Shown here one piece after another: positions 33,833 through 43,861 of a stretch of 64,000 bases of DNA. Under the pieces are notes generated by a model, which saw nothing but the letters and a program-made list of their open reading frames with translations, ran no database searches and had not been told where the DNA came from. Origin of the DNA: Planctomycetota bacterium (GTDB lineage Bacteria > Planctomycetota > Planctomycetia > Planctomycetales > Planctomycetaceae). The DNA lies in contig JBPOIW010000061.1 of the NCBI GenBank assembly GCA_052034165.1, positions 19,336 through 83,335 on the forward strand, given 5' to 3'. Each line of letters opens with the position of its first letter. Position 1 is the first letter of the stretch. The position numbers were made by a program, and so were the translations under genes.

Positions 33833-36538
33833 TCAAAGCTTGTCAGATAGCCGCTGGAGAGAGGCTTCGGCGGCCGCGTTATCGGGCTCATAATGCTGAA
33901 TTCGCAGCCATTCTCCCAAAGCGTCCTTGAAACGACCGCCCTGCTCGAGTAGCGCCGCACGCATGCGTCTGAGGTCCAGTTCTTCAGGGAATCCCAACAG
34001 GCATTCATCGATCCACAGGATTGCGGAATCAGGATCCGCGATCCTGAGTTGCTTTGCGCGCTGAAGTCGCTGCCGCCTGGATAAGTGATTCAGGTCCAGC
34101 TGCTTCCATTGCTGGTCGCAAAGCTGCAGTACAGACTGACGCAAGCCCGCATTATTGATTTGGTCCAGCACCTGTACGGAATCTTCATAGATGAGGGGAG
34201 CGTAAACGGACAGGCAGTCCACAGGAGCCAACTGCTCCCACGCCTCACTCAGAATGATGGCTCGAAAGGCTTCGGTCGACGCCAGGGATTGCTGCCAACA
34301 TTTTTGAGCAACATCCGGTTTCCCGGCCCATTGAGAAATATGACCAATCCAGAATAGTCGCCGAGCCCCTGCGGGGTCGGCAAACAACAATTCCTGAATT
34401 CGTTCTGACTGTGGAGCCAACCCTGTGATGCAATATTCGGCAGCGATTTCATCCGCTAATACTCCCGGAACGAGCGGGTTCGCCGATGACAACTTTGCTG
34501 CGTCTCGCAGCCAGTCGTTTTCCAGCAGAGCTTCCCGAAACCGTCTCTCGACCTCCTCCTGATTAACAAAGTCTGCCCCCGAACGGAGTACCTGCAGGTG
34601 GCAGGCCAGACCAATGGGAGATAACTGCTCCCAAACAGTCCGCAGAACCTTATCGTCTGGAGGTGTTTCCGCCAGAGAATCAATTAATTTCAAACGAAAT
34701 AAGGACTCCCGGAGACGCAGCTGAGTCCACGTTCCCTCAATATCATCCGGCCTTTCAGCCAATAGCTGCTGCATCGACTTGTTTAACTCCGCAGCCCTGC
34801 CGAGCTGACTTCGGCTGACCGGACTTGCGATGGCACGCTCGGATTCGACAATGACCGTGTAGATTCGATGGGAGTGGATTAAGTCCGAAGTGCCAACAAC
34901 GGCGGTGACCACACAGCAAACGCGAATCATTATCGAAAAGGCGGCTTGGGCTGACACACCAGAATCCGGAAGTCCCCCTGTGTCGCCATTCCGAGTCAAA
35001 GATTTCAGACCTGCAATGGAACCTGCCAGAAATGAAACAACCGAAACCGTTGCCAGCGACCCCGCCCCAAAATCAAACAACATGGCAAAAGCCTGAGATG
35101 GCACAATTGCCAACCCCATCACTCCCGCAGCTCGATAGCCGTGACTTGAGAGCCAATCTCGGGAACGGCCTGATCGGGAAAATTGCAGCAATCGGCCGGA
35201 GTCCAACAACAACGTTCCGCCAAATGCCAGGATCACGCTCAATCCCAAAAACCCTGATTCAACAATGATCTCAATGAACTGATTGTCGGCATTAACAAAC
35301 CAACTCCCGACCCAACGCCGCTGGTAAGGCAGCGTACAAAAACGGTAGGTGCCTAAACCTGCTCCAAGGGCAGGAAAATCCCTGACGACTCCCAGTGAGT
35401 CACTCCAATGCAGAAGTCGCCCAGTGGATTCTGAAACGGGATCCTTAAGAGTCCGCAACTCTTTAAAGACATCCGCGTCAAGATCGAACAGAACAAGCGA
35501 GCCCAGTGCAAGCCCGGAGATCAAAGACATGGGTAGTGCGAAGAGTACTACTTTTCTCCACTGCCACTGGGCGAACACTGCCACTGAAACACAGATAATG
35601 GCCGCACAAATACCGCCACGCGACAGAGTTGCTGCCACACCAAGCAATAACAACACAATTGAGAATGCCGCCAGAATATGCTGAACATTGAGCCGCGCCA
35701 GTCGTGAAGTCCAGTGCGTCAGAGCGATTCGAAAATGCTCATGCCATCGCGCGGGGCCCCATCGCCCGGTGTTGATGTCGGCCTCTCGTCCCCAGACCAG
35801 GATCATCAAGCCGATCGCGATCGCAAGGTGAACACACAGCCATCCAGCCGCGTTATTGGGATTCACAAACGGCCCAAAAGGTCTTGCTGTGTTTCGCATC
35901 CAGAATGCACCGATCAGCATCTTTCCGTCACCAAATGACTGTATCAAGGCCACGAGAGTGACGGCACACGCATTCACAACGAGTACAACAAGACAGCCCA
36001 GAATCCTGGGTTTTGTGCGAATCAAGTCACAGGCCGCACAAAAAATAATGCCTGCAGAGATCCACTGAGCCACCTGAAGTCGAGTCAATGATTCGGCAAC
36101 CGAACGACCGTAGAACCGTAAAGCGTCCTGATTCGGAATCGACGGAGATTCAACACCATCGCGGGGGGGAGCGATCGGAAAGACCGCACTGTGCATCTCC
36201 CTGGTCGCGGGAACCAGGAGCGGGAGCATTTGAACAACGCCAATCGCTGCGTAACCCAGAAGAAGCCAAAAGCCCAAAGGCGGAATCATCAGCTTTCGGC
36301 GAGTAAAAGCCGCAGAGAGGATCACCAGGCTCAAAGACGCGGAACTGCAGATCGCGGCTAAAACCCGGGCAAATGGAATGACCCCACCCAACCACCATGG
36401 CAATAGACACACAGAGCCCAGCAAAAGCAATAACGCCAGAAATTCAGTAAGCAATCCGATGCGCAGAGTCAGGATTTGCTCTCCGGAACGACTACGTCCC
36501 ATCAGTTGACTCCAACAAACGCCAGTTGCAAAAGTCAA
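33833..36538 (-). CDS. O-antigen ligase/polymerase-like (Wzy_C) membrane protein with C-terminal TPR-like domain
   Basis: 901 aa with at least 10 hydrophobic spans and an ATLSRGGICAAIICVSVAVF block typical of the O-antigen ligase family. A soluble helical-repeat C-terminus of about 370 aa follows. Confidence 0.6.
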   Translation of the reverse strand: MTFATGVCWSQLMGRSRSGEQILTLRIGLLTEFLALLLLLGSVCLLPWWLGGVIPFARVLAAICSSASLSLVILSAAFTRRKLMIPPLGFWLLLGYAAIGVVQMLPLLVPATREMHSAVFPIAPPRDGVESPSIPNQDALRFYGRSVAESLTRLQVAQWISAGIIFCAACDLIRTKPRILGCLVVLVVNACAVTLVALIQSFGDGKMLIGAFWMRNTARPFGPFVNPNNAAGWLCVHLAIAIGLMILVWGREADINTGRWGPARWHEHFRIALTHWTSRLARLNVQHILAAFSIVLLLLGVAATLSRGGICAAIICVSVAVFAQWQWRKVVLFALPMSLISGLALGSLVLFDLDADVFKELRTLKDPVSESTGRLLHWSDSLGVVRDFPALGAGLGTYRFCTLPYQRRWVGSWFVNADNQFIEIIVESGFLGLSVILAFGGTLLLDSGRLLQFSRSGRSRDWLSSHGYRAAGVMGLAIVPSQAFAMLFDFGAGSLATVSVVSFLAGSIAGLKSLTRNGDTGGLPDSGVSAQAAFSIMIRVCCVVTAVVGTSDLIHSHRIYTVIVESERAIASPVSRSQLGRAAELNKSMQQLLAERPDDIEGTWTQLRLRESLFRLKLIDSLAETPPDDKVLRTVWEQLSPIGLACHLQVLRSGADFVNQEEVERRFREALLENDWLRDAAKLSSANPLVPGVLADEIAAEYCITGLAPQSERIQELLFADPAGARRLFWIGHISQWAGKPDVAQKCWQQSLASTEAFRAIILSEAWEQLAPVDCLSVYAPLIYEDSVQVLDQINNAGLRQSVLQLCDQQWKQLDLNHLSRRQRLQRAKQLRIADPDSAILWIDECLLGFPEELDLRRMRAALLEQGGRFKDALGEWLRIQHYEPDNAAAEASLQRLSDKL

Positions 36539-38070
36539 ACGGAAGTCGGCTGAGGCAACTGAAACGTGTCGGAATCACTAACCTGAACGACAACCGAAGA
36601 GGCTTTTGCAGCTCGCACATTCCTGATGATTTTCCCGAGCTGAGTCTCAAACGGGGCGAGGCCATCAATCTTTTCCATCATCCATGCACGGATGGAATCA
36701 GAACCTACGGCACCAACGATCTTGATGTGGCCAACTCGGAGCCGTTCGATAACTAATGGTATTTCAGATCGCCACGCCTCGTGGTGCTCCAGCTCAGACC
36801 TTGTTCGCCACGTCGCATGATATTCTTCCCCAAAACTGGGCAGACTGATCATCAATTCGACCCGGTCGAGTGCATGGTCTTCCGCAAACTTTGTCAGTGT
36901 CTGCCAGAGCTCTTCCCACTGACCTTTCCCCTGCAGACGAACCTGTTCATCGTGCATCAGCGGCCTGGGCCCCTCCACTTTCTGCACCAACGACCCGCCG
37001 AACCTGCGAATACGATTCGCCAGCAAATGCATTTCTGCGTACCCGAAAGAACGAGTCACAACAAGAATCAGCACGGCCGTTATCACGCCCACAACGGCGA
37101 TTACATCGTTACCATAGGCAGCAGCCGCTATCGCACCGGCCCCCGTCAAAGAACAAAGTGCACCCACAAAAAACAGAAGGCGAGCCCCTGTATGTCCCCG
37201 ACGAACCAGACAATGGTGCAGATGGCCTCGATCGGTTGCATAAATACTGCGCCCTGTGAGGCGACGCCGCACAATAGCCATTGCCACATCGAAAATCGGA
37301 ATTGCCCAAATCGCCGTAGGCATAATCAGAGCCACAGCGGCGTATTGTTTCAGAGAACACTTTAGAGCCACACAACCCAGAACGAGCCCTATCAACATGC
37401 TTCCGGAATCGCCAAGAAACATCTTTGCTGGCGGAAAGTTGTAGAACAGAAAGCCAATCAGAGCACCTGCGAGTGCCAGGGAAATCAGCAGTCCATCCGG
37501 ACGCCCGCCAAGGATATACGTCACTGCCGCCACCGAAAGACTGAGGATGATGCCGGTGGTACTTGCAAGCCCATCTACGCCATCAATGAGGTTGAGCGCA
37601 TTAATGGCACCCAGAATCCAGAAAATCGTGACGAGGGGAGCAACATCGCCAAATTGAATGGGATAACCAAACACCTCCACCTGCCGAATCATGATGCCCG
37701 ATGGCACCATAATCAACGCCGCCAAAAACTGCCCGAACAACTTCTGGCGACCTCGAATTCCAAACCGGTCGTCCAGCACACCGAGGCAAACAATCAGCAA
37801 GGAAGCCACAGCGAGCAGCATCAGGAACCGAGTGTCTCCCTCGCTTGCACTCAGCAAATCAGAAAAAAAATACGACGTGGCAGAAATCGAAACTATAATA
37901 GACAGGAGGACGGTCGGACCCCCTGTCAATGGAACGGCGCTTACGTGAAGTTTTCGATGTCCATCAGGCCGGTCTACGATGCCCAGCCAACGACAGACGC
38001 GGCCCACCAACGGCGCTAGAATCAGCGCAGAAAGGCATGCGGACATAATCGCGACAACTGAAGAGTACAT
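36535..38070 (-). CDS. MraY/WecA family polyprenyl-phosphate sugar-1-phosphate transferase with ~170-aa C-terminal extension
   Basis: LDDRFGIRGRQKL, NALNLIDGVDGLAS and FLGDSGSMLIGLVLG motifs. 511 aa against about 360 for typical WecA. Its stop overlaps the start of 33833..36538 by 4 nt. Confidence 0.8.
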   Translation of the reverse strand: MYSSVVAIMSACLSALILAPLVGRVCRWLGIVDRPDGHRKLHVSAVPLTGGPTVLLSIIVSISATSYFFSDLLSASEGDTRFLMLLAVASLLIVCLGVLDDRFGIRGRQKLFGQFLAALIMVPSGIMIRQVEVFGYPIQFGDVAPLVTIFWILGAINALNLIDGVDGLASTTGIILSLSVAAVTYILGGRPDGLLISLALAGALIGFLFYNFPPAKMFLGDSGSMLIGLVLGCVALKCSLKQYAAVALIMPTAIWAIPIFDVAMAIVRRRLTGRSIYATDRGHLHHCLVRRGHTGARLLFFVGALCSLTGAGAIAAAAYGNDVIAVVGVITAVLILVVTRSFGYAEMHLLANRIRRFGGSLVQKVEGPRPLMHDEQVRLQGKGQWEELWQTLTKFAEDHALDRVELMISLPSFGEEYHATWRTRSELEHHEAWRSEIPLVIERLRVGHIKIVGAVGSDSIRAWMMEKIDGLAPFETQLGKIIRNVRAAKASSVVVQVSDSDTFQLPQPTSV

Positions 38071-38674
38071 TATTTGGTTACGTCAATCTGTGAGGGGACT
38101 TCCGAAACTCAAACCATCCTGCAGACGACAATCAAACATCTTCAAACCATTCGCCAGCGAGTAATCCGCATCAGCAAATCCCCTGCCATATTCACGGCAG
38201 TTGTCTCCGAAGCGGTTCAAAACAAGTGCCTGAAGTCAGAATCTGATCAAGATCCTCAGAACCTCAGCCCCAAGAAAAATGCGAAAAAACGGGGACAACG
38301 ACCGCCGAAACAGCGCGAGGTCTCCGTTTCTTCAAACAAACCGGGGCACACAGAGTTCACGCCTTCGAGGTCACATCTACGATTTGAGATCATGGTGTCG
38401 CCGGACAACCCGTTGCAAGCACGCAAACATTGAATCGCAAAAAACTCATTCAATGTTCATAAACGGCATCATCACGCATCAGCAGCCAAACTACGCAGAC
38501 CTCCAAAATAAACAAAACGATGTGTCTGAGGTGCTGGCTCACTTGCCAAGGCAGGATTGATTCCCATCATCCAACGAACATATGTGCAGGCATCAGAGGA
38601 CAGAACTTCTCCCCACATCTCGTGGAAAGACATCTTGAATCAATTGCGCAAAAGCTAATCGAATCTGCGGAAAT

Positions 38675-39466
38675 TCAGATCATGAAGTCCGTCTGGCGGC
38701 CCAGAATCCGGTCGACAAGGTCCTGCGGGAAATCAACGGCAGGCGATCGCTCAGGATCCAGGTCTGTCGGGTTGATTCCGCAATACACACTCCACGGACC
38801 CAAATGCCGCCACCGACCAGCTCGCTTGGGCTCACCCGGCAAAACCGGGGTCGTGCAGCGATTGCAGCCAATCGTCGAGAATCCCTGCTTGTGAAGCGGA
38901 TTCAGGATCACCTGGTGCTCGTGAATGTAGCCTTCCAGCTGCTCGTCGCTGAAATTCGCCAGCGGATTCACTCGCAGGCAGTTCAATCGCGAATCGATTG
39001 CCAGGATAGGACATACCCCACGACGGCCGCCATCGGCACGGCGGAGACTGCCTATCAGGGCGTCATAGCGGCCTTTGATTGCATCCAGTGGCTCTGATTT
39101 CCGCATTTCGCAGCACTGCTTCTGACCCTCGGGCGTCAAATACAGAATGCCGAACTTCTCCGTTTGCTCTTCCATCGTGAGTGTCGGCGTCAGGGTCTCA
39201 ATTTCCAACCCATAATGCTGCATCAGGCGATCGCGAGTATCCAGCGTTTCCTGAAAAAGCACGCCAGTGTCGACAAATACGACCGGGATCTTGACGGGAA
39301 TTGAATAGAGCATGTGACAGATCACGTTGCCCGATTCCTGCATCGAAGACATTGCCGCGACTCGTTCGCCAAATGTTTCCTTCGCCCAAAGAATCAGTTC
39401 CTGGGGGGAGCGGTCATCAAACGCGCGATTCAACGCGACGAGATCGGCCTGAGAGAGGCGAGCCAT
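38675..39466 (-). CDS. cysH: adenylyl-sulfate / phosphoadenylyl-sulfate reductase (thioredoxin-dependent)
   Basis: PAPS-reductase fold ([29 protein letters not shown]). The Cys pairs QCCEMRK and GCNRCT are typical of the Fe-S (APS) subtype. C-terminal WSVYCGINP. Confidence 0.85.
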   Translation of the reverse strand: MARLSQADLVALNRAFDDRSPQELILWAKETFGERVAAMSSMQESGNVICHMLYSIPVKIPVVFVDTGVLFQETLDTRDRLMQHYGLEIETLTPTLTMEEQTEKFGILYLTPEGQKQCCEMRKSEPLDAIKGRYDALIGSLRRADGGRRGVCPILAIDSRLNCLRVNPLANFSDEQLEGYIHEHQVILNPLHKQGFSTIGCNRCTTPVLPGEPKRAGRWRHLGPWSVYCGINPTDLDPERSPAVDFPQDLVDRILGRQTDFMI

Positions 39467-39483
39467 GGTTCCAATCCGAGTTC

Positions 39484-39502
39484 CTCCCGGTCAACCCGGG
39501 AG
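39484..39502 (-). promoter_or_regulatory. leader hairpin overlapping a GGAGG-like motif upstream of cysH
   Basis: The minus-strand RNA is CUCCCGG-GUUGA-CCGGGAG followed by GAACUCGGAUUGGAACC-AUG. The 3' arm contains GGGAGGA. Confidence 0.3.
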
Positions 39503-39674
39503 TTACAAACGTCCACGATCGGTGCTGCCCTGAGAATGACAGGGCGTCGGAAGCAACGAACGCAATCCGGTGCGAATAGTAGCGGGTTTGGAAAACTGGA
39601 AAAGCGGTGTTCCCGCTTCAGCCCCGGAAACGGCGGATTACCCGGAAACTCACGTATCGAGAGTTTTCGCCGGG

Positions 39675-39716
39675 AAAAACAACAAAGAGCGAAGGCCATT
39701 GACCCTCGCTCTTTGT
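39675..39716 (-). terminator. rho-independent terminator downstream of the DUF1598 gene
   Basis: On the minus strand: ACAAAGAGCGAGGG-UCAAUGG-CCUUCGCUCUUUGU followed by UGUUUUU. Confidence 0.6.
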
Positions 39717-39792
39717 GTTTGTTCAAACAAACAGGCAAATTATCCCAAAGGGTTTGCCCGATTCGTCTTAGAGTGTTTTTGCCAAGAACTTA

Positions 39793-39891
39793 GGACCAGT
39801 CCCGTAATAACTTCCGTAGCTGAAGTCGTGAGACTTCAGTCCGAACTCTCACGAGTTCGGCTACTACAGGAACTTATTTCGGGACCGTTCC
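39793..39891. mobile_element. MITE family E4 copy A (23-bp TIR GGAAC..CCCGRAATAA..TTCC, TTA flanks) carrying two GNRA hairpins
   Basis: GGACCAGTCCCGTAATAACTTCC (39793-39815) pairs with GGAACTTATTTCGGGACCGTTCC (39869-39891), 19/23 complementary. TTA at 39790-92 and 39892-94; the latter is the stop codon of the adjacent gene. Confidence 0.7.
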
Positions 39892-41592
39892 TTAGCGGGC
39901 TGCAGCATCCCACCACCAACGGCCAGACTGGCCGACGGGATTGGATTCGATGGCCTTTTTCACAACTTCGGCTGAAACCTCGAAATTGTCCGGGTTCCTG
40001 ACAACACTTCTCAAGTCGCCACGCACGCCACCCGCGACCTGGATCACGATCTCGCGGCCGTTGTAGACACGGCTACTGGCCGCCGTCATGAGTTCGGCCG
40101 GCACTTCCACAGGAGCCGGGGAATAACTGCCAGATGCACTGAGCACTTCCGGCTGCCATCCCACCTGGCGATTCAGGCCCATCGTATGAACTAACGCTGT
40201 TGCCAAGCCCAGGTCAAAGACATTTTGCAGGTCAGCAAACACGACGTCCTGACTGGACAATTCCGGCAGATGCTCTGTGAATAATCGAGCAAACTCGGTG
40301 TTGGCGTTGTCTGCTTTTCCAGTGGCCTGACGACTTCCATCTGCCGAGACCAACTGATTCTCAGACTGGCATTGGACTGCTTTGCCAGAAAATTCAAACG
40401 ATTGACGGTCGGGGGAAACCTGAATGGAGTCGTACCCGACGGTCATCCACCATCGCAGGGCATCCATGGCTGAGGCCTTGCGTTCCGCTCGGCTGAGCAG
40501 GTCAAAATAGCTCTTCATGCCCGCCGCGCCTTCGCGTTCGCCAATACCGATCAGTTTCATCTGATAGTCGGCTTCAACGATCACGCTGGCCACGCGAGAA
40601 TCCTGAGGAATCCCCTGAACGATGACGTTCTGCAGGCCCAGCATTTCCTCGAGCTTATCCGTCTCCGCGCCAACATTTCCCGAGGTCAGTTCCATCTTTG
40701 CTGCATAATCACGAACGGCTTTCACCTGTTCCGGCTTTGGATCAATCGAACATCTGAAGAAGCCAGAACCACCCTGCTCGAAGGTGCGGCTCAGAGTGAC
40801 AAGGTCGTCAAAACGAAGTGTCGGATGTCCATTCGATACACTCACGGTCCGCTGATCATCGGCATTCTTCCACGCACCTGCAGGACCACCAATGACAACA
40901 TCCTGTGAGTCTGGAAACACAAACAGGAACTGAACTTCTGTCATACCAGCGAGGCAGGCGACATCGTCTGGAATGGGCTGCCCAGCGGCCATCAGACTCT
41001 TGACATGCTGCTCCAGTCGAGGCAGTGAAACAAGACGCAGTTCTGAAGACTCCTGGACATCGTCGTTTGGATTCGCAGTTCGAGCCAGCTCGGCTGCTGC
41101 CAGCAATCGAGAGTTGTCGTATCTCATCATCAAGGCCGTAGCCATCAGCGGTGTGCCAAAAAACACTCCCTGATCAAACTGAGTGATCGTTCCGAAGTCT
41201 CCCCCGTCCTGTTCCCAGGTGGCCGGTGGGCTGGTCTGTTCAACAATCAGGTTGATCAATGTCTGGAAGTCAGTCTGAGCACCCCCGCCCGCTTCCAGTT
41301 TTTCTCGACTGACGCGAGCGCGGTCGGCAGTTTTTCTGTCCCCGGCTTTCAAAGCAGCGGCTTCAAGATTCTCGGCGGCTTTCCGGAAATCGCCTTCCTC
41401 GGCAGCCAGTCGAGCCTCCAACCTCAATCGGGAAGACTCCATTCCGGCCGTTACGGGCTTATCACTTTCACCTGCTGCGGCCACACCACTCGACGCCAGA
41501 ACCGCACAACCGAAGGCAAACGTCACGCCCCTTCGCAGGAACCGTCGGAAACGAGGACTTGAAGCGGAGAAGACGGAATCAAACAGTGGCAT
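39892..41592 (-). CDS. secreted DUF1598-like protein
   Basis: Likely start MPLFDSVF at 41592, with signal peptide FAFGCAVLASSGVAAAGE. The size and composition fit planctomycete DUF1598 proteins. The track ORF extends to 41814. Confidence 0.55.
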   Translation of the reverse strand: MPLFDSVFSASSPRFRRFLRRGVTFAFGCAVLASSGVAAAGESDKPVTAGMESSRLRLEARLAAEEGDFRKAAENLEAAALKAGDRKTADRARVSREKLEAGGGAQTDFQTLINLIVEQTSPPATWEQDGGDFGTITQFDQGVFFGTPLMATALMMRYDNSRLLAAAELARTANPNDDVQESSELRLVSLPRLEQHVKSLMAAGQPIPDDVACLAGMTEVQFLFVFPDSQDVVIGGPAGAWKNADDQRTVSVSNGHPTLRFDDLVTLSRTFEQGGSGFFRCSIDPKPEQVKAVRDYAAKMELTSGNVGAETDKLEEMLGLQNVIVQGIPQDSRVASVIVEADYQMKLIGIGEREGAAGMKSYFDLLSRAERKASAMDALRWWMTVGYDSIQVSPDRQSFEFSGKAVQCQSENQLVSADGSRQATGKADNANTEFARLFTEHLPELSSQDVVFADLQNVFDLGLATALVHTMGLNRQVGWQPEVLSASGSYSPAPVEVPAELMTAASSRVYNGREIVIQVAGGVRGDLRSVVRNPDNFEVSAEVVKKAIESNPVGQSGRWWWDAAAR

Positions 41593-42264
41593 CTGGATGA
41601 CCTCATAAAGAACCGAACGAAGTACGGACAGAAACCGAGGAGATTCCCGGTTGACAGAAAAAAACTGCGCACACGCCCGCACACGGCATAGAAAACCTTT
41701 GTCTAGGATCGTCGTGCGGACACTCAGCGTCAAGAAGATTCCTTTAATTCCGCGACGTACCAGTTCTCCCGTATCCATGGGCCGTTCCAATCGAACCGGC
41801 TGCACCAGATTCACGGGGTCTTTCAGGGTATTAGGCCGCCATTGCGAAACGGTTTAACGGTTGACCGTGCAAAGCCCTCAGGCCGGAACCCCGGAATCTG
41901 TGTCGGAAAACGTCGCCTCAACCTGCAGGCGGTCTATTGATTCAATCCTTGAGGCGGCATCGGGGAGTTGACAGACCAACCGAAGTTGCCCGTGGCAAAC
42001 GGCCATCCTCGAGAGCCTGGCGACAAACGCTGTGGATTATCAAACCATGAATGCCCGTCCGGGCCACCCGGAATTTGAGCCGGGGACAAGATCATGAACA
42101 TATAGAGAGGGGCTCCGTTGCAGGATCTGAGGATCCCGGCTCGGCTTGCTTGCACCCAGAGAATGCTCCGCTCACGATGCGATCTGTCACCATGATCTGA
42201 AAATATTTCAGATGGTCATGAAAACATCTCCCGTGGACAGTTCTTTGACCCCAAGGCTTGGCTT

Positions 42265-43101
42265 ATGCCCGAACTCCCAGAAGTCGAAACGATGGTTCGA
42301 GGCGTCCGCAGCGATTGTAGCGGTCGAATCATTTCTTCCGTCGAGTTCGTCCAGTGTCAGCGAAAGCCCATCTCCGTTTCACCGGACCGAAGAGCCGTGG
42401 TACAGCGACTCAAGGGCCGTCGCATCTTAGACGTGCACAGACTGGCCAAAAGAATTCTGCTGGAACTCGACTCACGAGAAACGGTGGTCGTCGAACCTCG
42501 CATGACAGGCCTGCTTCTGGTTTCAGAGCCTCCGACCATCGAACACCGCCGCGTCGTATGGCATTTCGAGCCCGTGCCGAACCACGCCCATCAACTGGAA
42601 TTCTGGGATCGTCGAGGGCTTGGGACTCTATCGCTGCTGACGCCCGATCAGCTGGTGGACCTGCGTCTTAAGTTTGGTCCCGACGCGTTAACGATCACCG
42701 AACAGCAATGGCAAAATCAACTTTCGAAAACCGCTCGCGAAATCAAAGTCGCGCTGCTGGATCAATCGCTGGTCGCTGGAATTGGCAACTTGTACGCCAG
42801 TGAGATCCTGCATCGCTCAGGAATCAGTCCGCTCCGCAGCGCCGCAACTGTGACGGCAAAGCAAATTACGAAGCTGAACGAAGCGACGCATCATATTCTG
42901 AACGAGGCCATTCGATATGAAGGTTCAACCCTGAACGATGGCACGTATCGGAATGCCTTAAACAAGGACGGCAGCTATCAGAACCACCATCGCGTTTACC
43001 AAAAGGCGGGAACTCGATGTTCAACCTGCGGTAAAGCCGAGATCCATCGGATCGTTCAGGCACAAAGAGCAACTTTCTACTGCTCCCGGTGCCAAAAGTA
43101 G
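42265..43101 (+). CDS. mutM: formamidopyrimidine-DNA glycosylase
   Basis: The MPELPEVETMVRG N-terminus includes the catalytic Pro2. The zinc finger is CSTCGKAEIHRIVQAQRATFYCSRCQ. Confidence 0.9.
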   Translation: MPELPEVETMVRGVRSDCSGRIISSVEFVQCQRKPISVSPDRRAVVQRLKGRRILDVHRLAKRILLELDSRETVVVEPRMTGLLLVSEPPTIEHRRVVWHFEPVPNHAHQLEFWDRRGLGTLSLLTPDQLVDLRLKFGPDALTITEQQWQNQLSKTAREIKVALLDQSLVAGIGNLYASEILHRSGISPLRSAATVTAKQITKLNEATHHILNEAIRYEGSTLNDGTYRNALNKDGSYQNHHRVYQKAGTRCSTCGKAEIHRIVQAQRATFYCSRCQK

Positions 43102-43153
43102 ACGATGCGAACCAACGGATCCCGTTTGGAGAACTATAGCACGCGTCGCAAAA

Positions 43154-43705
43154 CTACCAGACATCTTCAATGCTGCCAGTATTCGCATGCACAAGCCGAC
43201 CAGGGCCCGCCCAGTCGGGGGCGTTCTGCAGAATTCTCAACCAGACGTTGGAGCCTCGAGCCAGTCCCTCGAAAGAGAGGTGATTTCCTAACTCATCATC
43301 ATGAGCAATCTTCTCAGCCTGCCAATAAATGGCCGGAGGCGAATCAAATGCGGCACAGACGGCCAGAATATCAATCTGAAGTCCCGAAGGAATCTGCCGA
43401 CCATCGGCCGGACCTCCACAGATCTCTGTCCGTGAAACAAACAGAGAAACCTCCCACGAATCCAATTCGATATCGTGAAAGAAATGGCAGCCGATCGGCG
43501 CAGTAACGTGCCGGTCCACCACACCACGAACAGCGTCGTTGACGAACCAACGTAACCATGAAGGTGGGCTGGTCGAGTTTGGGATTGCAGGTATCATCAG
43601 GCGCGAGGAGGGGATCTCAAGCTGATCGAGGATCAGAACAGTAGCGATATCATTAGCTGTAAAGATTCTTAACACGAGTGGTTCGAGCGTACCGCGAGGA
43701 CGCAA
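43154..43705 (-). CDS. hypothetical protein
   Basis: 183-aa ORF with no recognisable motif. It is convergent with mutM. Confidence 0.4.
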   Translation of the reverse strand: MRPRGTLEPLVLRIFTANDIATVLILDQLEIPSSRLMIPAIPNSTSPPSWLRWFVNDAVRGVVDRHVTAPIGCHFFHDIELDSWEVSLFVSRTEICGGPADGRQIPSGLQIDILAVCAAFDSPPAIYWQAEKIAHDDELGNHLSFEGLARGSNVWLRILQNAPDWAGPGRLVHANTGSIEDVW

Positions 43706-43861
43706 ACCCTGCGCCGTTGCCCCTTGATGATGCCGTTCCTCAACACTTTAACGAGAAAATTCCATTCACCCCTCCTTTGGCGCCACGCGTTCTTTACGAA
43801 GTGTTTATCCGCGATGACAACAAAGCCTTACGGTGGCGATCGCACCTGAAGGAAAACTCCA

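Noticed and set aside
41934-42155. 73-aa ORF in the DUF1598/mutM divergent intergenic region
   Set aside because: It has no recognisable motif, a Gly/Pro-rich composition and lies in a promoter region. I have not called it, although a small secreted peptide cannot be excluded.
43101-43154. Possible bidirectional terminator between mutM and the convergent hypothetical gene (CCAACGGATCCCGTTTGG)
   Set aside because: The stem is only ~7 bp with a bulge and has no flanking T-run on either strand. It is too weak to call.
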